DNA of 28,239 nt, taken from positions 1 through 28,239 of IMG/VR virus record IMGVR_UViG_3300012942_000112. The stretch is one strand, 5' to 3'. The position numbers were made by a program, and so were the translations under genes. The notes beneath the pieces are model-generated. The model searched no databases, had not been told where the DNA came from, and was given only the letters and a program-made list of their open reading frames with translations. Shown here piece by piece: positions 17,300 to 26,084 of the stretch (position 1 is the first letter of the stretch; every line of letters begins with the position of its first letter). Source of the stretch: a virus (Duplodnaviria; Caudoviricetes).

Positions 17300-18421
17300 A
17301 TGGCCCTAAAAATAGATATCAGGAAGGCGGAGCGCACGAAGTCGAAGCTCCGTCTCGCCATCGCCGGCCCATCCGGGTCCGGCAAGACGATGGGCTCGCT
17401 CAAGCTCGCGCAAGGGCTCGGCGGGAAAGTGTGCCTCATCGACACGGAGCGCGGCTCCGGCGACCTCTACGCCGACCTCTACGAATACTCCGTCATCACG
17501 CTCGAGCCGCCATTCAAGCCGGACCTCCTCATCGAGGCCATCCACGCCGCAGAGGCCGCGGGATTCGATGTCATCATCGTCGACTCGCTCTCGCACTTTT
17601 GGGCGGACGAAGGCGGCCTCCTCGACCAAGCCGACAAGATGCAGAGCGCGGGGAAAAATCGCTTCACGCTTTGGGCGGACATCACGCCGCAACACCGCCG
17701 GCTCGTCAACACGCTCCTCAATTCTCCGAAGCACATCATCGCGACCATGCGCTCCAAGCAGGAGTACGCGATGGAGACGGACGAGAAGACCGGCAAGGCG
17801 AGCGTGCGGAAGCTCGGCCTCGCGCCGGTGCAGAGGGAAGGCATGGAATACGAATTCACCATCTTCTTCGATGTCGACCAACAGCACAACGCCAAGGCAT
17901 CGAAGGACCGGACCTCTATGTTCGGGAATGAGATTTTCCTCCTCGATGCGTCGACGGGGAAGCGCATTCTCGAATGGCTCAACACCGGCAAGGTGAACGC
18001 CCGCGGCATGAAGACGGAAATCATTTCCGCCCTCAAGGACCGGCTCGAGATTCCGCTCCCGTCGAAGGAGGACCTCCCGGCATTCATCAAGGGCGCGGTC
18101 AAGAAGCTCACGGGCATCGAGCTCTCCGAGGACCCCGCCGTGCTCGAGAAAGCGGTCGCCGCGCTCGCCCTCATCACCGACAAGGCCGAGGCGCAGAGAA
18201 TCGCATGGAGCTCGGATGCTCCGAAGGCCCCGGAAGCGCCCCCACAAGCCCCTACAGCGAGCGAAGGGCCCAAGACGACCGAAACCCCGTCTCCGGCCCC
18301 AAGCGCGCCACAGGCGAGCGTAGAGCCCGCAAAAGCGGCCCCCGTAGCCCCCGCCCCGGTCGAGGAGGAGGGAATCAAGTATCCGACCGAGGACATCGAC
18401 CCGGCGGACATCCCTTTCTAG
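17300..18421 (+). CDS. Sak4-like/AAA_24 P-loop ATPase (recombinase) with SSB-like acidic tail
   Basis: GPSGSGKT, IDTE, IIVDSLSHFW, ATMRSK, EYEF; ends in DIDPADIPF. Confidence 0.85.
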   Translation: MALKIDIRKAERTKSKLRLAIAGPSGSGKTMGSLKLAQGLGGKVCLIDTERGSGDLYADLYEYSVITLEPPFKPDLLIEAIHAAEAAGFDVIIVDSLSHFWADEGGLLDQADKMQSAGKNRFTLWADITPQHRRLVNTLLNSPKHIIATMRSKQEYAMETDEKTGKASVRKLGLAPVQREGMEYEFTIFFDVDQQHNAKASKDRTSMFGNEIFLLDASTGKRILEWLNTGKVNARGMKTEIISALKDRLEIPLPSKEDLPAFIKGAVKKLTGIELSEDPAVLEKAVAALALITDKAEAQRIAWSSDAPKAPEAPPQAPTASEGPKTTETPSPAPSAPQASVEPAKAAPVAPAPVEEEGIKYPTEDIDPADIPF

Positions 18422-18425
18422 GGGT

Positions 18426-18878
18426 ATGGCCTCGACTCAAGCGACCGCCGCGCGCTTCATGCGCGGACTCACCGGCAAGGCGGAAGCGCTCCATAAAGCC
18501 CGGAAGGAGGTCGATGTCATCAAGAAGCGGCACGAGCGCGAGCTCGACGCCCATTTCGCCCGCATCTCGAAGCTCAAGGGCGAGGTCCTCTCGGGCCTCG
18601 CGGTCCTCGGGCTCTCGAGCGTGAAGGTGAAAAGCGGCGATGCCTACGCGAAGACGAAGCGCAAGACCTACGAAATCGCCAACCCCATCGCCTTCGATGG
18701 ATGGGCCCGCGACAATCGGCTCGTGCGCGTCGACCGCGAGATGGCGCGACAGCGGCTCCAACAGCTCGCCGGCAAGGGCAAGCTCCCCGCATTCGCGAAG
18801 GAGAAAATCGTCGACACCATCGCATTCAGGTCGAAACCTACCAAGAAGAAGCCGGCTCCGGCCGAGGAAACGATATGA
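18426..18878 (+). CDS. Gam/gp157-like coiled-coil protein
   Basis: N-terminal coiled coil then GLSSVKVKSG...YEI..W; adjacent to the recombinase. Confidence 0.5.
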   Translation: MASTQATAARFMRGLTGKAEALHKARKEVDVIKKRHERELDAHFARISKLKGEVLSGLAVLGLSSVKVKSGDAYAKTKRKTYEIANPIAFDGWARDNRLVRVDREMARQRLQQLAGKGKLPAFAKEKIVDTIAFRSKPTKKKPAPAEETI

Positions 18879-19135
18879 GGCGCTCGATGTATACCGGCTC
18901 GCTCAAGCTCGACGAGCACGATTCCGGCCTTTGCCCCGGATGCGGGAAGAAGAAGACCCTCATCCGCCGGCGCCGCTCCGCGAGCTTCTACAACCTCGAC
19001 GCCAAGCACCCGGACCATCCGGCCGCCGGCGACGACACGAGCCGCGGGCACGATGGCGCCGTATGCACGAATCGGCCGTGCTCATTATTCACCGACCTCT
19101 CGCTCGTCCCGACATGGGACCGCGCGACGGCCTAA
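18875..19135 (+). CDS. Hypothetical Cys-containing protein (86 aa)
   Basis: ATGA overlap; CPGC...CTNRPC. Confidence 0.55.
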   Translation: MRRSMYTGSLKLDEHDSGLCPGCGKKKTLIRRRRSASFYNLDAKHPDHPAAGDDTSRGHDGAVCTNRPCSLFTDLSLVPTWDRATA

Positions 19136-19144
19136 CCCTCGACC

Positions 19145-19504
19145 ATGACTAGGAATTTCATCATCCTCATCGCATCGTCGCGTCGCGCATTCTTCGCGGA
19201 AGCGGCATCGCTCGATGGCTTCGGCGGCGTCATGCGCGAGGCGCTCGAGATTCTCCCGGACCGCTCGCTCAAGTCCCGGAATCATTCCCCGGACGGATTC
19301 ATGTGGGGCTATGGCGGCTCCGGGCCCTCGCAACTCGCGCTCGCCTTGCTCCTCGAGCTCGTGAGCGAGGAAGCCGCGCTCGCCAATTACCAGAGCTTCA
19401 AGTGGGACATCATCGCGAATCTCGAGCAGGATTCCGACCACGCCATTCCGCTCACCGCGGTCGACGAATGGCTCGAGAAGCGTGGGCTCACTCGCAAGGT
19501 ATGA
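19145..19504 (+). CDS. DUF6166-like protein
   Basis: RNHSPDGFMWGYGGSGPSQLALALL and YQSFKW signature. Confidence 0.8.
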   Translation: MTRNFIILIASSRRAFFAEAASLDGFGGVMREALEILPDRSLKSRNHSPDGFMWGYGGSGPSQLALALLLELVSEEAALANYQSFKWDIIANLEQDSDHAIPLTAVDEWLEKRGLTRKV

Positions 19505-19821
19505 GCGCCGAGAAGATATCCGTCTCGCCGCGCGAGCACGCGGTCCTCGCATACCTCCACGAATTCGGAGAGGCGCACGAGGAGGGCATGTGCATCTATA
19601 CCCGCGTCATCGCGGACGAGGCGAAGCTCTCATTCAAGGATGCCCGCGGCGGCGTGCGCGCGCTCGTGCGGAAGGGCCTCGCGGAGTATCACCGCGGCCT
19701 ATTCGATGACGACGGCATGGTCGCCGGGTCCGGGTATTGCATCTCCCGAGCCGGCCGCGAGCTCATCGCCAAGGAGCTCGAGGCGGAGGAGGCCGAGAAG
19801 GCACAAGGCAAGCTCGTCTAG
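19501..19821 (+). CDS. Winged-helix DNA-binding protein
   Basis: ATGA overlap; SPREHAVLAYL...IADEAKLS...VRALVRKGLA...YCISRAG. Confidence 0.7.
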   Translation: MSAEKISVSPREHAVLAYLHEFGEAHEEGMCIYTRVIADEAKLSFKDARGGVRALVRKGLAEYHRGLFDDDGMVAGSGYCISRAGRELIAKELEAEEAEKAQGKLV

Positions 19822-19896
19822 CGATATCCCCGTTTCTCCGGCAGTACGGGCGAATAAGCCGGGGTCGATATTACAATAGGAAACATCACCTCATCT

Positions 19897-20061
19897 ATGT
19901 CAATCACCAAAGCACCGAAGACGAAGGAAGTGAAGGGTCCGAAGTATCCGCGCGTCATGGTATCGCCCGAGCGCCATGCACAGCTCAAGAGCGCCGCGGA
20001 CCGCAAGGGCATTTCCCTCCAACAGCACGCGGAGGCCATCTTCAAGCGCGCCGCTCGCTAG
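19897..20061 (+). CDS. Ribbon-helix-helix-like regulator (54 aa)
   Basis: PRVMVSPERHAQLKSAADRKGISLQQHAEAIF; below the ORF-track cutoff. Confidence 0.7.
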   Translation: MSITKAPKTKEVKGPKYPRVMVSPERHAQLKSAADRKGISLQQHAEAIFKRAAR

Positions 20062-20123
20062 TGCCTCGAGCACCGTGCCCGTTTCCCGTGAAACCGGCCC
20101 GGACCTCGGGACATTCCCGACCT

Positions 20124-20498
20124 ATGGACGACTCACCTTTCGCCAATCTTCAATGCCCCGAATGCGGCTCCATGATGGAGCTCGTATGGTCGCATCGCCG
20201 CTTTTTGGGCTCCGGGAAACGCCGGCCCGTCTATCGGTGCGTCCGCTTCCCGGAGTGCAAGGGACAGCATTGGGCGCACCCGAACGGCGCCCCGCTCGGG
20301 GTCCCGGCCGATGGTAAAACGCGCGCCCTCCGCAAGGAGGTCCACGAGAAGCTCGCCCTCCGATTCGATTGGACCCGGAAATATCAGCGCGAGCGGGCGT
20401 ATTTCCTCCTCTCGCAACACGGATTCGGGCATGTGGGCCGGATGACGGCGGAGGAATGCCGCAAGGTCCTCGAGCTCCTCGCCTCCGGCAAGCTATAA
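20124..20498 (+). CDS. Zinc-finger protein (DUF3268-like)
   Basis: CPECG...YRCVRFPEC...HPNGAPLGVPAD...LRKEVH...HVG. Confidence 0.75.
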   Translation: MDDSPFANLQCPECGSMMELVWSHRRFLGSGKRRPVYRCVRFPECKGQHWAHPNGAPLGVPADGKTRALRKEVHEKLALRFDWTRKYQRERAYFLLSQHGFGHVGRMTAEECRKVLELLASGKL

Positions 20499-20505
20499 TT
20501 TCCCT

Positions 20506-21117
20506 ATGACGCTCCTTCGCGACCTCCCCGGCCAACTCCTCTCGATTTCCGTGATGGCTCACCCGTCGCGCGCGGAGCATTTCCCCTATCTCGCCGAGAA
20601 GCTCGGAATCGGCATGGACAAATTCTCCATCGATACCGGCTTCGGCCTTTGGGAGAATTGCCGGCGCGCGTGGGAGCTCCGCGACCCTACGGCGCTCTAC
20701 CATGTCGTCATCCAAGACGACGCCATCGTTTGCGAGAATTTCCGGGACCGCGCGGAGGAGGCAATCTATGCGGCGCTCCGCCGGGAGTCGAATATCGCCT
20801 TCTCGTTTTACTACGGCCGCCGCGCGAACATCGCGAAGGAGCAAGCCGCGGCGCTCGAGCGCGGGTATGCGATTCGCCGCTCGCTCACATGGGGCGTCGC
20901 CGTATGCCTTCCCGGTCCGCTCATCCCCGACATGCTCCGGGAGTGCAACGGCATGTATTTCACGCCGCAGGATGACGCGCGCATCGGGCACTTCCTCAAG
21001 ATGCGGGATGTCCGCGTATACCATCCGCTCCCGTGCCTCATCGACCATCGCTCGGGTCCGTCGCTCGTCGGCGACCCCGGCGAGAATCGGCACGCCTACG
21101 CATTCATCGATTCATGA
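20506..21117 (+). CDS. Glycosyltransferase, GT-A fold (GT25-like)
   Basis: AHPSR, HVVIQDDA, WGVAV, DDARIG, PCLIDH motifs. Confidence 0.75.
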   Translation: MTLLRDLPGQLLSISVMAHPSRAEHFPYLAEKLGIGMDKFSIDTGFGLWENCRRAWELRDPTALYHVVIQDDAIVCENFRDRAEEAIYAALRRESNIAFSFYYGRRANIAKEQAAALERGYAIRRSLTWGVAVCLPGPLIPDMLRECNGMYFTPQDDARIGHFLKMRDVRVYHPLPCLIDHRSGPSLVGDPGENRHAYAFIDS

Positions 21118-21740
21118 CGGCCGCCTTCATCATCCGATTCCATTACGAGCCCGAGGACCCGCGCTTCGCGTGGCGCTTTCAGTATTTCCGCGATGCCGTG
21201 CTTCCGCGCATCCTCGCGCAGGGTGAAGGATTCGACATAGCGATTTGGTGCAACGCGGCACACCGCGCGCTTTTCCTCGAGCTCTCGGACCGCATCCGCG
21301 TCTTCGATGTCCGCGGAACGCGCGCGGAGTATCGGCCGGGCACGCGCTTCTTCTTCGATTTCGCGCCGTGGGAAGATGTCATCGGCCTCCCGAAGTACGA
21401 GCTCCAACTCGGCATCGACTCCGACGACCTCATCATGCCGGGATACCTCGAGCATGTGCGCGCGGCCATCGAGCTCGAGGGCGCCCGCTATGTATGCTTC
21501 CAACCCGAGCTCATCGCGGTCGAGGGCGGGCTCGTGAAGTCGATGCCGGCATACACGGACCGCCGCGGCTCCGCATTCTTCGCGCTCTACCAACCGGCCG
21601 GCACGGAGCCCTATATCTTCGCCTACTCGGAATCGCATCTCACTATCGGGCAGAATTTCCCGCCCGAAACGCGCCGCGTGATGCCCGCCGGCTTCGCCTA
21701 TGCCTCGTGTCATGAGCTCAATGAGAGCACGCACCTATGA
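21114..21740 (+). CDS. Glycosyltransferase, GT-A fold (putative rhamnosyltransferase-like)
   Basis: WRFQYFRDAVLPRILAQ...FDIAIW...IDSDD; ATGA-coupled. Confidence 0.7.
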   Translation: MTAAFIIRFHYEPEDPRFAWRFQYFRDAVLPRILAQGEGFDIAIWCNAAHRALFLELSDRIRVFDVRGTRAEYRPGTRFFFDFAPWEDVIGLPKYELQLGIDSDDLIMPGYLEHVRAAIELEGARYVCFQPELIAVEGGLVKSMPAYTDRRGSAFFALYQPAGTEPYIFAYSESHLTIGQNFPPETRRVMPAGFAYASCHELNESTHL

Positions 21741-22435
21741 GGAAAGCGTATTGGTGGCGCGCGCAGAATTTCGGAGACACGCTCACGCCGGTCGTGCTCG
21801 AGCATTTCCTCGGCGAGCCGGTGGAATTTTCGAGCGGGAATGAAGCCGGCCGCATCGTCGGCATCGGCTCTATCCTCCATCACGCGCTTCCGGGCGATAT
21901 CATCTTCGGCGCCGGGAGCAACCGGCCGAGCCGGCAAGTCGACGGCACCGGCATCCGCTTCCTCGCGGTCCGCGGGCCGCTCTCGCGCTCGCAAGTCGTG
22001 AATGCGGAGGTCCCGGAAATCTACGGCGACCCGGCCATCCTCCTCCCGCTCGTATACGACCGGCCGATGCAAAAGAAATTCCGCCGCGGCATCATCCCGC
22101 ACTATGTCGATTTCAAGCATGGGAATCCGCCCACGCCCGGCGCCGGCGAGACGCTCATCGACATTCAGGCGCCATGGAAGGAGGTCATCGACCGCATCCG
22201 GGAATGCGAGAGCATCTCGAGCTCGAGCTTGCACGGCATCATCGCCGCGGAGGCATACGGCATTCCGACGACATGGGAGAAGTGGAGCGACCGCATCATT
22301 GGCGGCGACTATAAATTCCAAGATTATTTCCTCGGCACCGGGCGCGAGCGGCAGAAGCGCGGAGTCGTGCTCCCGCCGATTCCGATGCTTTCATGGCGCC
22401 AAGGCCGGCTCCTCGGAGCTCTCGAGTCCCTATGA
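21737..22435 (+). CDS. Polysaccharide pyruvyltransferase family protein
   Basis: NFGD, IGSIL, AVRGPLS, GDPAILLP, GIIPHY, SSSLHGIIAAEAYGIP, KFQDY. Confidence 0.9.
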   Translation: MRKAYWWRAQNFGDTLTPVVLEHFLGEPVEFSSGNEAGRIVGIGSILHHALPGDIIFGAGSNRPSRQVDGTGIRFLAVRGPLSRSQVVNAEVPEIYGDPAILLPLVYDRPMQKKFRRGIIPHYVDFKHGNPPTPGAGETLIDIQAPWKEVIDRIRECESISSSSLHGIIAAEAYGIPTTWEKWSDRIIGGDYKFQDYFLGTGRERQKRGVVLPPIPMLSWRQGRLLGALESL

Positions 22436-22986
22436 TTTTCCGCAACGACGACATCAATCCGAATACCGACTTCGCCGCGCTCGAGGCCATGTATCGCACC
22501 ATCCGCCGGTACTTCCCGGCCGCGACCATCATCTCGGCCGTGAATCTCCTCGCGCAGAGCTCGAAGGACGGGTCCGCGTATGCCGCGGTGAAGCCGGTCG
22601 ATATCGATTTTGCCGGCGTCGACAAAATGCTCGGCCGGGAGGAGCTCGAGAATATCCGGGCGTGGAGCGATGAGGTCGTCTCGCACGGGCTCGCGCACCT
22701 CGACCATCGCGCGCTCCCGGCGGAGATGCAGGAATTCAGCATCCGGGCATCATGCTCGATTCTCGGGACCAAGGTATTCGTGCCGCCATTCCTCCGGGCA
22801 AACGGCTACACGCGGCGGATATGCGAGGCGCGCGGCATCACCATCTTCGGCCTCGACGACGAGGAGCTTTGGCTTTCGCTCGACCGGGACCGCATGGACC
22901 CTTCCCGGAAGCTCGTCGTCTTCCATTCGTGGACCATGACGCCCGAGATATTCGCGTCCCGATTCGAGCATCTCCCGCTCCCCTAG
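22432..22986 (+). CDS. Polysaccharide deacetylase (CE4/NodB-like)
   Basis: FRNDD, SHGLAH, FVPPF, VFH motifs; ATGA-coupled. Confidence 0.8.
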   Translation: MIFRNDDINPNTDFAALEAMYRTIRRYFPAATIISAVNLLAQSSKDGSAYAAVKPVDIDFAGVDKMLGREELENIRAWSDEVVSHGLAHLDHRALPAEMQEFSIRASCSILGTKVFVPPFLRANGYTRRICEARGITIFGLDDEELWLSLDRDRMDPSRKLVVFHSWTMTPEIFASRFEHLPLP

Positions 22987-23053
22987 ATATGCACACCTTT
23001 TCCCCATTATCGCGCACGCCGGGCGGAAGTGTGCGCTATACTATGAAGCAAGT

Positions 23054-23893
23054 ATGAAAGAGGACGAGAAACTCATCCCGAATTTCACGCAGGTCCCGAA
23101 CCTTCTCCTCGACGAGTGGATGGCGCGGCTCTCCGATGTCGAGCTCCGGGTGCTCCTCGTGGTAGTGCGGCAGACGATAGGGTGGGTCGAGGACGCCAAG
23201 ACCGGGCGCCGGAAGACGGAGGATTGGATGACGAATTCACAGCTCGCGGCAAAGACCGGGAAAAGCGGCTTCCGCGTCTCGCTCGCGGTGAAATCTCTCA
23301 TCGAGCGGTATGGCCTCATCGAGGCCGTGAACGCCCGCGGCAAGCTCCTCGACTCGACGATGAAGCGGCAGAGCGTCGGCACCGGCGGAAAAATCTTTTA
23401 CCGCCTCTCGCTCCGAAACCCCGAAATGACCTTATTTGACGCCGTAAAAAAGCGACCTTCCACGAAAAGTGTAAGGTCGCCGGAACCTTCCACAATTCGT
23501 GGGAGCACAAAAAGCGGCACTACAAAAGAAACCGATTTTACAAAAGAAACTAATACCCCCGCGCCGAAGACGGCGGCGGGGGACCCATCCTCTCAAAAGG
23601 AAGCATTCACTCCTCTCGGAGCGGATGTGCTCAAAGCATTCGAGGCGGTCGACCCCAAGAATAAGACCTACTACAATCGCCGGCCGCAACGGGAGGCGTG
23701 CGAATTCCTCATCGCGGAGTACGGCTTCGAGCGGGTAGTGAAGGTCATCGGCGGGCTCACCAAGACGAACACGATTCCATTTTTCCCGAGCATCACGACC
23801 CCGCTTCAACTCAAGGAGAAATGGGTGCCGCTCCATGACGCCGCGGCGCGCTACCGGGCCGAGCACCAATCGAAAAAGCCCCTCGTCGTATGA
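23054..23893 (+). CDS. Phage replication initiator (lambda O-like N-terminal wHTH)
   Basis: NFTQVPNLLLD...LSDVELRVLLVVVRQTIGW...SQLAAKTG; internal A-rich repeats. Confidence 0.85.
   Translation: MKEDEKLIPNFTQVPNLLLDEWMARLSDVELRVLLVVVRQTIGWVEDAKTGRRKTEDWMTNSQLAAKTGKSGFRVSLAVKSLIERYGLIEAVNARGKLLDSTMKRQSVGTGGKIFYRLSLRNPEMTLFDAVKKRPSTKSVRSPEPSTIRGSTKSGTTKETDFTKETNTPAPKTAAGDPSSQKEAFTPLGADVLKAFEAVDPKNKTYYNRRPQREACEFLIAEYGFERVVKVIGGLTKTNTIPFFPSITTPLQLKEKWVPLHDAAARYRAEHQSKKPLVV
23445..23553. repeat. Probable replication origin inside the initiator gene
   Basis: TACAAAAGAAAC twice (23521, 23539); ACCTTCCAC twice; inverted GCGACCTT/AAGGTCGC; locally AT-rich. Confidence 0.55.
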
Positions 23894-24315
23894 AAATAAA
23901 AATCACCACGGGATTCCGCAAGGACCAACAGCACAGCATACCCGCCGAGGAGGCGCACAAGGCGTATTTTCTATTCCTTCACCCGGAAGCGCGGACCATC
24001 TTCTCCTCCGGGCTCGCGCTCAAGGGCTCCGACATTCAGGCAATCGAGCCCGACCTCGCCGGCTCGATGGGATGGAACCCGGAATATCGCATGACGCCGG
24101 ACGATTGGAATGAGATTCACCGCTCCGGCCTCGAGGCGCGCATGGCTTTCGTGATGAGCCGGGCGAAGGAGGTGGCGCAGATATGCGCGCCGGAGGACCT
24201 CGCGCTTCCGCTCCCGCAACTCCTCGAGCAGAAATTCCCGCAACTCGCGGCGACCTCGGTGGTGAAGCATGACGGCCTTCGGAGCGTCGGGGAGATACTC
24301 AAGAAAAATGGATGA
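23890..24315 (+). CDS. Hypothetical protein coupled to the initiator
   Basis: ATGA overlap, 141 aa. Confidence 0.7.
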   Translation: MKIKITTGFRKDQQHSIPAEEAHKAYFLFLHPEARTIFSSGLALKGSDIQAIEPDLAGSMGWNPEYRMTPDDWNEIHRSGLEARMAFVMSRAKEVAQICAPEDLALPLPQLLEQKFPQLAATSVVKHDGLRSVGEILKKNG

Positions 24316-24527
24316 AGACGCTCACACTCACGCTCACCATAAAGACCGGCAAGCGCATGGAGGCCATGCGTTTCGAGAAGACCGGCCCGGACGACGAAAT
24401 CGAGGTGCTCGCTTCCGCGGTGTCGACCATCTTCCTCAAGTCGAAAGAGGCGCTCAAAATGGCCGAGAAGCATCACGACGGCGGCAAGCTATTCCTCACC
24501 CCTAAACGCCATGCGAAGAAACGCTAA
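24312..24527 (+). CDS. Hypothetical protein (71 aa)
   Basis: ATGA overlap, typical codons. Confidence 0.6.
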   Translation: MKTLTLTLTIKTGKRMEAMRFEKTGPDDEIEVLASAVSTIFLKSKEALKMAEKHHDGGKLFLTPKRHAKKR

Positions 24528-24993
24528 AAAGCGGGTGCGCCTTCCGCTCGAGCCCATCGAGGTCCGCTACCCGGACGGCACGACGCGCGGCATCGGCACC
24601 TACGACCCGAACCGAAACGAATTCAAGAAGTGGGTGCATGAGAGCACGCACCTTTTCCGAAAGCTCGATGCGTGGGGCATCGATGCGGAGATATTCACGG
24701 AACGGATGAAGGGGAAGAAAATGCGAATCGTCGTCGAGGACCGCGAGACGCGCATCACCTATCTCGCAAGCCCCATGCGCTTCGAGAAATTCGGGAAATT
24801 CTTTCACTTCAAGAGCGGCGCGACGGAGCGCTCGCATCGCTCGCAAATCTTCCTCCCTCGATGCTATTGGGACCGCGCCGGCGACCCCGCGGCGCTCGAG
24901 AAGCACAAGCCCCGGCCGCCCGAGCCCGAGGAGCGCGACCCGCTCGCCGACGAATTCCCCGAGGATGGACAATTCGAGGAGAGTGCGCTATAA
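24511..24993 (+). CDS. Hypothetical protein (160 aa)
   Basis: Contiguous with neighbours; basic with acidic tail. Confidence 0.7.
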   Translation: MRRNAKKRVRLPLEPIEVRYPDGTTRGIGTYDPNRNEFKKWVHESTHLFRKLDAWGIDAEIFTERMKGKKMRIVVEDRETRITYLASPMRFEKFGKFFHFKSGATERSHRSQIFLPRCYWDRAGDPAALEKHKPRPPEPEERDPLADEFPEDGQFEESAL

Positions 24994-25001
24994 TACGCAC
25001 C

Positions 25002-25256
25002 ATGAAAACCCGGCCTCAATGCCCGAATTGCAATAGCTTCAAGAGCGTCTCCGCATCGACCCGCGGCCGCGCTTTTTCCGGCGGCATCGCGCTCATCATC
25101 CTCGGCTCCGCGCTCACTTTCTTCATCATCACCGCCATCATCGGCGTCCCGCTTTTCCTCCTCGGAATCCTCGTGTGCATCTCCGCGGCATTCCTCCCGG
25201 AGCACGGCGAGCGCGCGTGTCGGAATTGCGGCAATCATTTCACGGCTTCGGCCTAG
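25002..25256 (+). CDS. Membrane zinc-ribbon protein (CxxC-TM-TM-CxxC)
   Basis: CPNC, long hydrophobic hairpin, CRNC; TATAAT 7 nt upstream. Confidence 0.75.
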   Translation: MKTRPQCPNCNSFKSVSASTRGRAFSGGIALIILGSALTFFIITAIIGVPLFLLGILVCISAAFLPEHGERACRNCGNHFTASA

Positions 25257-25257
25257 G

Positions 25258-25303
25258 TGTGGATAACCGGGCGCTTGACTCTATATACCCATGGGTATAT
25301 ACT
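25258..25303 (+). promoter_or_regulatory. Sigma70-type promoter with 20-bp palindromic operator and adjacent DnaA box
   Basis: TGTGGATAA 25258-25266; TTGACT 25275-25280; 17 bp spacer; TATACT 25298-25303; palindrome TATATACCCATGGGTATATA 25282-25301. Confidence 0.85.
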
Positions 25304-25351
25304 AGGCAAAGCCGGAGAGAAACGAAATAAGGCACTCGCCCCGGCGGCATC

Positions 25352-25597
25352 ATGAAAGAAATATACGAAAGGACCGAGGGCGGAAATTTCACAAAGAGCA
25401 CGGGATTCGGACACGAGAATCGAGACAATGCAATCATGCAAGCACTCGACCTCACGATGGACCTCATGCGCGAGCAGATAAAGAAAGGTCGTCGCGTCGA
25501 GATGCGCGCAACGCTCGGCTATGTCGGCAAACTCGCTTTCATCGTCTCATCCGCATCGGACGAAATTCTCGGCGGGTACGCGGTGGATGCAGAATAA
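25352..25597 (+). CDS. Hypothetical protein (81 aa)
   Basis: First ORF after the strong promoter. Confidence 0.6.
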   Translation: MKEIYERTEGGNFTKSTGFGHENRDNAIMQALDLTMDLMREQIKKGRRVEMRATLGYVGKLAFIVSSASDEILGGYAVDAE

Positions 25598-25598
25598 T

Positions 25599-26084
25599 AT
25601 GGAGCAGGAATTCCGCGTCAGCACGAAAGGGAAGAAGCTCCTCGAGGTGAAGAAGCTCGCGCTCGCCCTCATGGGCGAGTATGGGCTCCTCGCGAACGGA
25701 TGGACCTTCGGCTTCGATACGGCCCGCCGCCGTTTCGGAGTGTGCTACCACGGCAAGCGCCGCATCACGCTCTCCGCGGCTCTCGTCGAGCTCAACAGCA
25801 TCGAGGAATCCCGCAACACCATCACCCACGAAATCGCTCACGCGCTCATGCCGCGCGGAGCCGGACACTCGCCGGGATGGGTCGCCATGCACCGCTCGCT
25901 CGGCGGGGACGGGAAGCGATGCTATGACTCCGCGGTGGTCGTGAAGCCGGCGGCGCCCATCGTGGGCGAATGCCCCGGCGGCCATCCGCATACCCGCTTC
26001 AAGATGCCGCGCCGGTCCGTTTCGTGCTCCGCGTGCTCACCGCGATACGATGAGCGATACAAGATAATTTGGAAGCGAATATGA
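25599..26084 (+). CDS. SprT-like zinc metalloprotease
   Basis: RRFGVC, ITLS, TITHEIAH, GH..W, C-terminal Cys cluster. Confidence 0.85.
   Translation: MEQEFRVSTKGKKLLEVKKLALALMGEYGLLANGWTFGFDTARRRFGVCYHGKRRITLSAALVELNSIEESRNTITHEIAHALMPRGAGHSPGWVAMHRSLGGDGKRCYDSAVVVKPAAPIVGECPGGHPHTRFKMPRRSVSCSACSPRYDERYKIIWKRI

Noticed and set aside
726-18411. Long minus-strand ORFs (e.g. 726-1772, 10959-12344, 14797-16047, 17306-18247)
   Set aside because: Antisense shadows of well-supported + strand genes, expected with this codon bias; no recognisable motifs.
20506-22986. DNA hypermodification role for the glycan operon
   Set aside because: Not excluded but disfavoured: no base hydroxymethylase or DNA polymerase is seen, and restriction-site avoidance suggests unprotected DNA.
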